Shown: piece by piece, positions 38,645 to 46,189 of the stretch
How positions within the stretch are numbered: the stretch's first letter is position 1
Layout: the number at the start of each line of letters is the position of its first letter
Source: a virus
Length of the DNA: 46,189 bases
IMG/VR virus record: IMGVR_UViG_3300025302_000001
Direction: 5' to 3' (one strand)
Made by a program: the position numbers and the translations under genes
Notes under the pieces: generated by a model
The model's input: the letters and a program-made list of their open reading frames with translations, nothing else
Told to the model about the DNA's origin: nothing
The model's database searches: none

Positions 38645-38652
38645 ATGTTGTC

Positions 38653-39087
38653 TTAAACCGCAGCCGAGAACGGCGTGGCTTCCGTGCCCGTGGCCGACGT
38701 CATGCCGTGGACGCGCCAGAAACCGGAGACGGCGTCTTCGAGCTCGATGTAATCGCCCTTAAGGCCGCCGGTCGTGGTGCCGTTCAGGGTGATGGTGTCC
38801 GACGTGGACGCCGTTTCCCAGCCAGCAATCGTGTCGCCCGAGTCCTGGTTGGTCATGATCGATCCTTCCATCACATCGGTCGAATTGGCGACCTGGATCT
38901 TGTCGCTGTTCGAGGTGACGGTCGTGTGGACCAGGAAGCGGTAACGATCGCCAGTGCCGGCCGAAGCCGGAAGGGTCACAGTTGCGCCAGCCGCATTGGT
39001 GAAGATCAGCAACGGGCCGTTAGCATGGACATCTCGATCAAGCGTAACCGCAGCCGAGATGCTGATGGGTGCGAAGGGATATCCCAT
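38653..39087 (-). CDS. Putative head decoration/cement-type protein (144 aa)
   Basis: Beta-rich and immediately downstream of the capsid gene. Call is by position only. Confidence 0.35.
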   Translation of the reverse strand: MGYPFAPISISAAVTLDRDVHANGPLLIFTNAAGATVTLPASAGTGDRYRFLVHTTVTSNSDKIQVANSTDVMEGSIMTNQDSGDTIAGWETASTSDTITLNGTTTGGLKGDYIELEDAVSGFWRVHGMTSATGTEATPFSAAV

Positions 39088-39100
39088 TGTTCCGTTCTCC

Positions 39101-40120
39101 TTAGGACGCCGAGGTCAGGCCGAAGATGTCGGCAGCGACACCGTGGGCAGCCTCGTTGTTGACCACCAGCGTGTACTCGGTCACGAGCACGCGCTTTTCC
39201 GCGTCGCCAGTCTTGGCCGGCTTCACGAGCTGGATGTCATCGAACACGCCGAGCGACACCATGCGCGGGTCGATCAGGTAGGCGTTGCGCGCAACAGCCG
39301 CACCGGCGCGGGCCATCTGGCGGTTCGGGACAACCGAGATCGAGCCGAAGTCCGACAGATACATGTCGGCCGCCGCAACGATCGTGGTCTGGCCTTTGCT
39401 CGGGGTCTCGTAACGCTGCGGCGCAACGTTCGAATCCGACATGAAGGTCGAGAACACGGTCTTCGCGTAGGGCGACAGCATCAGGGTCTTCGGCGAGCCG
39501 CCCGCGTTGTAGGTGGACAGAATCACCGAATCCAGGATCGCCTTCGAGAAGGCGCGCTGGGTGCCGTTGGTGGCCGCGTCAACAACGCTCGTGCCGGTGT
39601 TGAAGCCGCCCGAGGAGCCGCCAGCGCCCATGCTGTCGTTGCTCGCGAGCCAGGCACGGAAACCGCCCAGCTTGCGATTGGTCGCGCCATTGCCCGAACC
39701 AGCAGTCGAAGCCTGGTTGGAGAGACAGATTGCCTCCATGTCGATGCGCAGCTCGACGCCCTTCTTGGCCACGTTGTAAGCCAGTTCAGACTTGCGGCCG
39801 GCCTTTGAGGTCTTGTCCTGGGTGCGCGAGACCAGAATCTTCTTGTCGGAGATCTGGGTGTAGTTGCCGACGCGGGTGGGCGGCGTGATCGCGTCATAGT
39901 TCCAGTCGTTGCCTTCCGGCTGGTTGTTCGCCGTGTCGGGCGACGCCAGGGTATCGTTCAGCCATTCCGGGTGAACAGAGGCAACCGGCTTGCGGCCGAT
40001 CAGGGAGATGTAGGGAGTTTCTTCCGGGGTGATCTGGTAGATCTTGTCCGCGAGCTCTTCGCGGTTGCCGCCGGCCGCGCCGACGTCGTAGGTCTCGTAA
40101 GTATTGCTAACCTGAGCCAT
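39101..40120 (-). CDS. Major capsid protein (SU10/DUF5309-type, HK97 fold)
   Basis: GNREELADKIYQITPEETPYISLIGRKPVASVHPEWLNDTLA matches the DUF5309 N-terminal signature. Confidence 0.85.
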   Translation of the reverse strand: MAQVSNTYETYDVGAAGGNREELADKIYQITPEETPYISLIGRKPVASVHPEWLNDTLASPDTANNQPEGNDWNYDAITPPTRVGNYTQISDKKILVSRTQDKTSKAGRKSELAYNVAKKGVELRIDMEAICLSNQASTAGSGNGATNRKLGGFRAWLASNDSMGAGGSSGGFNTGTSVVDAATNGTQRAFSKAILDSVILSTYNAGGSPKTLMLSPYAKTVFSTFMSDSNVAPQRYETPSKGQTTIVAAADMYLSDFGSISVVPNRQMARAGAAVARNAYLIDPRMVSLGVFDDIQLVKPAKTGDAEKRVLVTEYTLVVNNEAAHGVAADIFGLTSAS

Positions 40121-40138
40121 CTTGGCTCCTCCTATGCG

Positions 40139-41155
40139 TTAAAGATCAAGGTCCATGAGGGCGCTCACACCGGCATCGAATGATCCGGTCTTGCGCAGTT
40201 GCTCGCTCCTGACCTGGGTCTCGCGGGAGGCTTTGGCCTTCGGGTCCATGCGCTTCTTGCCCGTCAAAACGGGCTTCGACTGCACGGCTTGCTTGACGGA
40301 AGGAATGCTCTTGCGCGCCCTGCGATAGGCTGCAAGATCGCGGTACACGCGGTACAGCCGATGATCGATGGCGTCGTTCATCTCCTCCGCAGAGAAGCCG
40401 TATTCGCCCATCGTATCGACCGCATCGGCCCAGAACTTGTTGTAGACCTCCGGCTTTTTCAGCTCCGGCATGGCCTCGACAAGAAGCTTGGCCTCTCGCT
40501 CGTGCAATTCCTTCTTCTGGCGCTGCTGCTCTTGCGTCAGGCGGGTTTGGTCCGCCTGCGACGCCTGCTGCAACTGCGTCAGTTGTCCGACACGCTTATC
40601 GTAGTCAGCCTTGAGCGCCATGTACCGAAGCGGGTCGTAACCGGGCGAGTTTCCGTCCAGCAATGATTCGTCGGGTGGCTGCGGCAAGAACTGCTGCGAT
40701 ACCTGAAGGATAAAGTCCCGCTGCGCCTGTAGGGTGCGAGCGTTTTGCTCAAACTCGGCTTTCTGGGAGGCCAGCGCTTCGCGCTCTCTGGCGTTCTCCT
40801 GTGAGCCTCGCGTGAACGAAGATTGTGAGAGATATCCGCGCTTGAGGTCCTGAACGGAGATCACGGTGCCGTCTTTCAGGCGCACGTTCGCGGTATCGGC
40901 CGCAAACTTGCCTGACTCGTAACCGGGTCCGTCGCCCTCTTCGGCGGCTTCCTCTTCGGACGCTTCCTCAGTGCCTTCAGCTTCCGGCTGCTCGCCTTCC
41001 GCTTCGGGTTCTTCGGCTTCGTCCTGTTGGCCCTGATCTTCCTGCTGGAGGTCCGTTTCCGGGTCCGCGAGGACATCAGTCAGTGCATCAACGCCGTCGT
41101 CAAAAGACAACGGCTCGTCGTTACCAGCGGCCGGAGCCGGGTTGGTATCAGACAT
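40139..41155 (-). CDS. Scaffolding protein (acidic N-terminus, coiled coil)
   Basis: Glu/Asp-rich EEPEAEGEQPEAEGTEEASEEEAAEE, then Gln-rich helices. Sits between portal and capsid. Confidence 0.55.
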   Translation of the reverse strand: MSDTNPAPAAGNDEPLSFDDGVDALTDVLADPETDLQQEDQGQQDEAEEPEAEGEQPEAEGTEEASEEEAAEEGDGPGYESGKFAADTANVRLKDGTVISVQDLKRGYLSQSSFTRGSQENAREREALASQKAEFEQNARTLQAQRDFILQVSQQFLPQPPDESLLDGNSPGYDPLRYMALKADYDKRVGQLTQLQQASQADQTRLTQEQQRQKKELHEREAKLLVEAMPELKKPEVYNKFWADAVDTMGEYGFSAEEMNDAIDHRLYRVYRDLAAYRRARKSIPSVKQAVQSKPVLTGKKRMDPKAKASRETQVRSEQLRKTGSFDAGVSALMDLDL

Positions 41156-41185
41156 TCAGTCTTCCTTTGGGTTTTCCGGGAGTCG

Positions 41186-41422
41186 TTACGCGAACGAGCC
41201 GGCGTTTTCCTGCACGTCTGCCGCCATGATGTAGCGGTCCAGCACGTTGCGGATTTCGTCTGCCACCTGCGCGACCTGCTGCAAGCGGATGATGTTGGAC
41301 TTGTCGTCGGCGTTGGCCTTGACGAGCTCTTTGAGAGCGTCGGCGCGGATGTCGTCCAGCGCCTTGTTGAAGATCGGGTCTGCCTTGAGCCTTGCGGCTT
41401 CCTTGGCTAGGTGCTCGCTCAT
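41186..41422 (-). CDS. Hypothetical helical protein (78 aa)
   Basis: Track ORF coupled to its neighbour. Confidence 0.55.
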   Translation of the reverse strand: MSEHLAKEAARLKADPIFNKALDDIRADALKELVKANADDKSNIIRLQQVAQVADEIRNVLDRYIMAADVQENAGSFA

Positions 41423-41733
41423 CAGGTCGTCGTAATGCCCGCGATCTTGTAGGGTGCAACACCCGGCGCGGGCTCAACACCAACGGTCAGGACATCCCCG
41501 GCCTGCACGCGCCAGTTGGTCGCCGCCGCGGTCGGGTTGGCAGCAACGAGGTAGCAAAACGCGCTGTCCGACGTGATCGAGATAAACTTGGTCTGAGCGT
41601 TGAATGCCGCCGACTGCGCCGACGTGCCGCTGATCGTCACGGCCTGCTCAACCAGCGTGGGCTCGGCCCAAATATCCGGGCCGCCCGCCATCTGTGGCTT
41701 CTTGGCGTGTTCCTTGATCCAAAGCGTCGCCAT
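41422..41733 (-). CDS. Hypothetical beta-rich protein (103 aa)
   Basis: Track ORF directly after the portal gene. Confidence 0.55.
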   Translation of the reverse strand: MATLWIKEHAKKPQMAGGPDIWAEPTLVEQAVTISGTSAQSAAFNAQTKFISITSDSAFCYLVAANPTAAATNWRVQAGDVLTVGVEPAPGVAPYKIAGITTT

Positions 41734-41736
41734 CCA

Positions 41737-43983
41737 TCAATCTCCGCTCGGCGCGGCCCTCGCCGCTTCCATTTTCTGTTCATGGGCCTGCTGGCCCTGC
41801 GCAACCTTGAACGCGCCGGCTTCCATCATCTGCCGGTGCTGCTCGGCCTGCTGCGCCATCTGCTGCTGAGCAAGCTCGCGCTTCATCTCGAGTTCGGCCA
41901 TCTTGAGTTCGCGCTCGAGCTGGAACTCAAGCAGCGCCATTTCCTTGTCGAACGCGAACTTCTGCTGAGCCTGGATCATCTCAGCCTGCGTTTTCTTGTT
42001 CTGCGCTTCGATGTCGGCCTGCATCTGCACAGCCTCGATCTGGGCCTTGCGCTGGTCGGCCTGCGCGTCAAGCTGTGCCTGCTGCTGACCAAGCTGGAGC
42101 TGCGTCTGGGCCTTGACCTGCTCCTTCTGCATCTCAGGATCAGGGCGACTCGCCGCTTCCTTCTTCATCTCTTCAAGCCGTTCAGGCTTGATGTCGAGAT
42201 AGAACTGATCAGGATTGCGAATACCGGCGCTTTCGGCCAGCTTGATCGCCGTGCTGTTGATCTTTGGCACCATCTCCAGCGCTTCGGCCGAGAAGCCAGC
42301 GGCGCCGAGGCGATCAGTCATGGCCATCTGAACGTTCAGGATCTGGTTCAGCATCGCCATGTCGCGGTCACGCGAACCGGTCCCAAGCCCGATATTGATG
42401 GTCGCGTCCATGTTGGCGTTCCACGAACGCGGGTCCATCTCAACCCACGTATCGCGAAGCCTGATCGTCCGCGGCCGGTCCTGATGCTTGACGATCAGCT
42501 TGAGGATCTGCCGGAAAACCCGCCGCCAGCCCAATTCAGCCTGGTTGCGCGCGATCAGCTCGATCTGCGAATACGCCGCGTCTTTCTGGTTCTGGTTTGC
42601 GGTCGCGGTCTGGTTTTGCAGCGCCTCCGGGTCCAAAGCCATGGTGGACCTGGACACACCCGTGCGCATTTCCCGCACGTTGTCGAAGTGCTGGAGGCCG
42701 AGGAGCGCCTTGTCACCGATGAAGGGGACAGCAAGGGGCGTGGGCGGCACAGTGGCCTTGTTGTTCACCCAAACCGTTGCGCCAAACCGGGGGCTGCGCA
42801 GCGTCTCGGGGTTGGTCACAGTGCCCTCTTGGGCAACCGTCATCGGGTTGTTCACCCAATACAGATTGTCCAGCATCTGACGGGTCAGAACCGTCTTGAC
42901 GCGCTGGATGTCCTGCGTGTCGTCTGCTACCGACCGGGCATCCCAACGATGCGGAACCGGCTCGCAGGGGATGTCCGAGAACGGCACATCGTCGTCCCAG
43001 ACTTCCCAGTCCAGGAGCTCGCCCGTCGCTCCAGCGCCCGCGTAATAGGCCCTGACGGTCTCGGCAATGCCGTCTCCGTCCACGTCCGCTTTGACGTAGC
43101 ACTCGAACAACTCGACCATGAGCATGGACTCATCGCCGACGTTGTTGAAGAACACAGTGGCGGCATCGTCCCGTGAGACTTTCTCCTGTTGCAGGTTGGA
43201 GAAGCTATCGACCGGCAGGTTTTCAACAAGCTCCCGGTCAAAGCCCATCTCGATCAGCTCTGAGCGAGTAACATCCCGGCGGTGCGAGCAGAACCGCGCA
43301 TTTTCAATGCGGGTCGCCTCGCGATCAAGCAGGAAATCCTCCGGCTCAATGCACTCGACACGAAGCCGGCCGCAGCGCACAACACGCTTGACCTTCACGT
43401 CAAAGGTCTGGATCGGGACTTCCATCATCTGCCCGGTCGGACCAGGCACCATGATGATCTGCGGCTCGCCCTCCTTCTGAGCGAGGATCTCGACATACTG
43501 ATCCTGTTGCAGGATCGCAATCTGCTCTTCCGTCAGGCCGGAATGCTCGGAGGTCTCGATCTCCTCTTGGGTGTCCCACCAGTGCTTGACGATGCCGTTG
43601 CCGAGCAACAGCGAGTCGTGGGTGGCATCCCACATGATCCGGTATCCCGGATTGTCCTTGGTGAACACGTAGTTGATGTAGTCGGTCGCCTGCTTGGCGA
43701 ACTCTTCGTCGTTCGGCTTCTCAGGCTCATAGATCGCCATGCGGTCCGAGGCCGTGAACACGCGAATAATGCCCGGCAGCATCCAGCCGATCGTGTCGGC
43801 CACGTCCATTGACACAACCGAAGACCGGCCCGTCATGGCCGGCGTGTCGCTCATCGTGCCGCGATAGTATTCAAGCGCCCTCGCGCGCTTCTGGGATAGC
43901 TCCGTGTCGTCGTAGGTCAGCGCCGAGTTGATCTCTTGCGACAACAGGGCCTTTAGCCTGTCGTCGTCCATCTTCTCAGCCAT
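41737..43983 (-). CDS. Portal protein with a long C-terminal Gln/Ala/Glu-rich helical extension
   Basis: ELSQKRARALEYYRG N-terminal motif, 748 aa, position after terminase. Confidence 0.8.
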   Translation of the reverse strand: MAEKMDDDRLKALLSQEINSALTYDDTELSQKRARALEYYRGTMSDTPAMTGRSSVVSMDVADTIGWMLPGIIRVFTASDRMAIYEPEKPNDEEFAKQATDYINYVFTKDNPGYRIMWDATHDSLLLGNGIVKHWWDTQEEIETSEHSGLTEEQIAILQQDQYVEILAQKEGEPQIIMVPGPTGQMMEVPIQTFDVKVKRVVRCGRLRVECIEPEDFLLDREATRIENARFCSHRRDVTRSELIEMGFDRELVENLPVDSFSNLQQEKVSRDDAATVFFNNVGDESMLMVELFECYVKADVDGDGIAETVRAYYAGAGATGELLDWEVWDDDVPFSDIPCEPVPHRWDARSVADDTQDIQRVKTVLTRQMLDNLYWVNNPMTVAQEGTVTNPETLRSPRFGATVWVNNKATVPPTPLAVPFIGDKALLGLQHFDNVREMRTGVSRSTMALDPEALQNQTATANQNQKDAAYSQIELIARNQAELGWRRVFRQILKLIVKHQDRPRTIRLRDTWVEMDPRSWNANMDATINIGLGTGSRDRDMAMLNQILNVQMAMTDRLGAAGFSAEALEMVPKINSTAIKLAESAGIRNPDQFYLDIKPERLEEMKKEAASRPDPEMQKEQVKAQTQLQLGQQQAQLDAQADQRKAQIEAVQMQADIEAQNKKTQAEMIQAQQKFAFDKEMALLEFQLERELKMAELEMKRELAQQQMAQQAEQHRQMMEAGAFKVAQGQQAHEQKMEAARAAPSGD

Positions 43984-45287
43984 TAGACGATCCAGTCCTC
44001 GTCGGGGTCAACGACGGGCGCGGTAGACCGCGGCGGCTCATAGCAAATCGCCATTAGGCCCAGCGAGTCCGCCGCATGGGAGCTCCAATCATGCTCAGGT
44101 CCAAGGCCAACATTGCGATTTTCGTCTTTCCGTTCGTGATAGAAGCCAAGTGCCTGCCGGCCCGGCTCTGTGGTTTTCTCATTGAACCAAAGCTGCGGAC
44201 CAAGCCGCCGAAGGGCCTCAATCCGCATTGCTGCGGCGCCCTTGCCCTGGTTCTTGACTGGGGGCTCGACCGTAAAGCCGGCGTCCCTCAAATGTTCTTC
44301 GTAGCGCTTTCCGGTGACGTTGTTCTCGTTGACGCCATCATGCGGCAGGTACAGGATTGCGTCCTGATAGCCATTCTTACGCAGCCAAGCGACGTGCGCC
44401 GCGAGCACCTGCCCTTGCGCCTCGTAATAGTCGAGCACGCGAATTTCCTGCCCCACCCACTGGACAATCCAGATAGTGAAGGCATCAGCGTTGGCACCGG
44501 AGCCGCCGATGTCGATGAACGCCCGCAGCGGTAACAATGGGTCGGCCGCGACAACGCCGATCCTGCCCTTGCGCTTGGCCTCTGAGAGCAGAGCCGCGTA
44601 GTAAGCACCCTCGAAGGCCGCCGCGTATCCGCCCTCGTAGGTGTGGTCGTAACGCTCTGGATAGCGCTCCAATTCGATCTGCCGCTCGGCCTCGAGCTCG
44701 GCTGTCCAGAACGGATTGTCCCGCCAATTGGCCTGGACAACGACAGCGCCCTTCGGCAGCCCCTGAGAGCCGCGGAAGAAATCATCGACCGCATCACTCT
44801 TGCGCGTCGGGTTCCAGCTTGCCCAGATCTCCGACCCGGGCGAGCGGATCGTAGGTCGAAGCAAGGACAGTGAGCGCGCCGAGATTGACTGCGCCTCTTC
44901 CATCCATGCGCGATGAAAGCCCTCCAAAGACTTTACGGAATCGGCCGAGTAGTCCTTCATGCCCTTGAAGATCACTACCCCATCTTTGGGGAGTTCGATC
45001 CGATCGTTCCATGGCCTGAACCCGTCCGCCTCAGTCAGGCCAAGCCGCCTGATCTTGTCTTCGATCAGAAGCTTTGACGACTGCGTTAGATCCTTCTGGA
45101 CCTCGCGGATGCATACCATCCGCAGCCCCTCGCCCAGATCACCCGGCGCCCTTAGCGCGTCCTCAACAGCGAGCTCGCCGAAGAAGTGCGACTTCCCAGA
45201 ACCGCGCCCTCCATGCGCCCCCTTATACCGGGCAGGATGCAGTAACGGCCGAAATACCTTAGCCGTCTGTATCTGGAGGGCTGACAA
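43983..45287 (-). CDS. terL: Terminase large subunit
   Basis: Walker A GAHGGRGSGKSH and the overall PBSX/P22-type pattern. The start appears to be TTG at 45287. Confidence 0.9.
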   Translation of the reverse strand: MSALQIQTAKVFRPLLHPARYKGAHGGRGSGKSHFFGELAVEDALRAPGDLGEGLRMVCIREVQKDLTQSSKLLIEDKIRRLGLTEADGFRPWNDRIELPKDGVVIFKGMKDYSADSVKSLEGFHRAWMEEAQSISARSLSLLRPTIRSPGSEIWASWNPTRKSDAVDDFFRGSQGLPKGAVVVQANWRDNPFWTAELEAERQIELERYPERYDHTYEGGYAAAFEGAYYAALLSEAKRKGRIGVVAADPLLPLRAFIDIGGSGANADAFTIWIVQWVGQEIRVLDYYEAQGQVLAAHVAWLRKNGYQDAILYLPHDGVNENNVTGKRYEEHLRDAGFTVEPPVKNQGKGAAAMRIEALRRLGPQLWFNEKTTEPGRQALGFYHERKDENRNVGLGPEHDWSSHAADSLGLMAICYEPPRSTAPVVDPDEDWIV

Positions 45288-45561
45288 TCACGCGCTCGAT
45301 CTTGTGGACCATCTTGACCGCCGGATCGTCATCCTCGCCGCCGATGATCGCCTGCGCCGGCTTGCCATCGAGACGGTCGCCGATCTCTCGCGCAGCCGCG
45401 GTCTCAGTCGACGCCCTGATCAGGAGCTGGCGAGCAATGAATCTAAGCGAACCAGGATTTGCCGGCGTATCTTCGCCCTGTTCCGCGAGTGCCGCTTCCA
45501 TCCTAATCGCATCGCGAAACGGCTTGTCCTTGTTGACAGAGCCGGGAGGTCTTCCGGCCAT
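45259..45561 (-). CDS. Putative terminase small subunit (100 aa)
   Basis: MAGRPPGSVNKDKPF basic N-terminus is typical of small phage DNA-recognition subunits. Sits directly upstream of terL. Confidence 0.5.
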   Translation of the reverse strand: MAGRPPGSVNKDKPFRDAIRMEAALAEQGEDTPANPGSLRFIARQLLIRASTETAAAREIGDRLDGKPAQAIIGGEDDDPAVKMVHKIERVIVSPPDTDG

Positions 45562-45575
45562 ATTAAATTCCTCAA

Positions 45576-45815
45576 CTATTTGTTGTAGTTACCAAAGAGA
45601 TTCGATGCGGCCTGAATCTGGTACTGGTTCTGAGGCAGCCCGCTATCCGGCGCCAGCCACCCGCGAGCCGGCCCATAGGGCACAGCCACCCCACACAGCG
45701 GCCAGCCGTACATCGCAGTCTCAGCCGGCGGATTCTTCTCCTCGAACTCGGCCTTCTGCTCTTGCCGGTCCAGCTTGCGCCTGATCGACTTGAAGTCGTG
45801 AATGGCCGCGGTCAT
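45576..45815 (-). CDS. Hypothetical protein (79 aa)
   Basis: Track ORF with ATGA-type coupling to the upstream gene. Confidence 0.5.
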   Translation of the reverse strand: MTAAIHDFKSIRRKLDRQEQKAEFEEKNPPAETAMYGWPLCGVAVPYGPARGWLAPDSGLPQNQYQIQAASNLFGNYNK

Positions 45816-46189
45816 TCCGGCGCCCCGTTCGAGTTCAGCCCAAGCGCCGCCTTCAGGTCGGCAGTCTCAGCCTTGATGTCCTTGACCTGCTGCGTCGCCG
45901 CGTTCGCCGTATCCTGCAACTCCGCCATAACATCGGTCATCTCCTGACCAGCCTGGTTGAGCTGCGCCTTGGCCGCTGCAAGCTGGTTGCGGATTTGCTC
46001 AGCCAGGAACTTGGCGCCAGTGACGCTCATCTTCGTGTTTTCCGTGCGAATGAAGGGGTTCTGAAGCGCCAGTCTGATCTCGTCATTCGAGGCCATTGGC
46101 CCGACTTCAACCGACCTGTCGCCAATGGTAACGATCTGGTTGCCATTTGTGGCATAGCCAACGGTTAGCTGGTCGTTGCCCGCGATGTC
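45812..46189 (-). CDS. 3' part of the junction-spanning hypothetical coiled-coil gene (true start at position 160 of the circular map)
   Basis: The reading frame stays open to the window end and continues in 128..160 of the left end. Confidence 0.6.
   Translation of the reverse strand, partial: DIAGNDQLTVGYATNGNQIVTIGDRSVEVGPMASNDEIRLALQNPFIRTENTKMSVTGAKFLAEQIRNQLAAAKAQLNQAGQEMTDVMAELQDTANAATQQVKDIKAETADLKAALGLNSNGAPE
46063..46189. repeat. Terminal direct repeat copy 2
   Basis: Identical to 1..127. Confidence 0.9.

Larger units (their letters stand above)
1..46189. mobile_element. Complete temperate phage genome (podovirus-like gene set), circularly closed contig with 127-nt end overlap
   Basis: Terminase, portal, capsid, fibres, lysis cassette, integrase/excisionase and repressor switch are all present. 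The window ends are identical over 127 nt. Confidence 0.9.

Noticed and set aside
38296-39808. Two plus-strand ORFs of 288 and 284 aa (38296..39162 and 38954..39808)
   Set aside because: They are antisense to the capsid, decoration and neighbouring genes. Their composition is Arg/Gly/His-rich. Shadow ORFs.
41392-43176. 594-aa plus-strand ORF
   Set aside because: It is antisense to the portal gene, whose identity is clear. The Leu/Arg/His-rich repetitive translation mirrors the portal coiled-coil codons.
1-46189. CRISPR arrays, rRNA or tRNA genes, transposase/IS elements
   Set aside because: No regularly spaced repeat-spacer structure, no rRNA-like or cloverleaf-compatible sequence, and no transposase motifs were seen on either strand.

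Overview
The window is a complete temperate phage genome, or an excised and circularised prophage. The first 127 nt recur exactly as the last 127 nt, so the unique sequence is about 46,062 bp. One gene (160..1 joined to 46062..45812) crosses this artificial junction. GC looks high by eye. Several proteins belong to families I associate with Alphaproteobacteria (GapR/DUF2312, GTA-type 3-TM holin, DUF6456-like regulator, glycine-rich tail fibre), so an alphaproteobacterial host is inferred.

Layout:
(i) An immunity switch lies at 5.9-6.8 kb. It has a Cro-like HTH gene on minus and an XRE repressor on plus, bracketed by six copies of a TTTCAGTAATGCT-like motif.
(ii) A leftward early operon runs 6182->880. 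It encodes a DnaA-domain-IV-only protein, a RusA-like protein, GapR, an HNH nuclease, a replication-initiator-like protein with internal iteron-like repeats, LuxR-type and DUF6456-like regulators and a lipoprotein, and ends in a terminator.
(iii) A rightward early operon runs 6784->20325 with about 45 mostly small unknown genes. These include an SSB-like protein, a DUF968/HNH-like protein, a C5-methyltransferase-like protein, xis/int (13776..14980), an HNH-AP2 endonuclease and seven tiny hydrophobic ORFs.
(iv) A long minus-strand late operon starts near 600, passes the junction and runs 46189->20319. In order it encodes small and large terminase, portal, scaffold, SU10/DUF5309-type capsid, head-tail genes, a fibre, an SGNH esterase, ejection-type proteins, a virion lysozyme, a second fibre and a SAR-endolysin lysis cassette. 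It ends with an unusual distal cluster (DEDDh exonuclease, DUF4406, beta-helix protein).

There are no tape-measure, tube or sheath genes, so the virion is podovirus-like. I saw no tRNA, rRNA or CRISPR.

All family assignments come from motif recognition by eye, not database searches. Many starts were re-set from the ORF track using ATGA/TGATG coupling and Shine-Dalgarno (SD) motifs.

Best candidates for something new:
- a hairpin-bracketed HTH plus Cys-rich-protein insertion inside the tail module, with phased TTAGCGAT repeats next to a terminator;
- matching CGCUAA-loop hairpins elsewhere in the late transcript;
- the chain of tiny membrane ORFs;
- the DnaA-DBD/GapR host-chromosome-mimic cluster;
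- the post-lysis DUF4406/exonuclease/beta-helix cluster.
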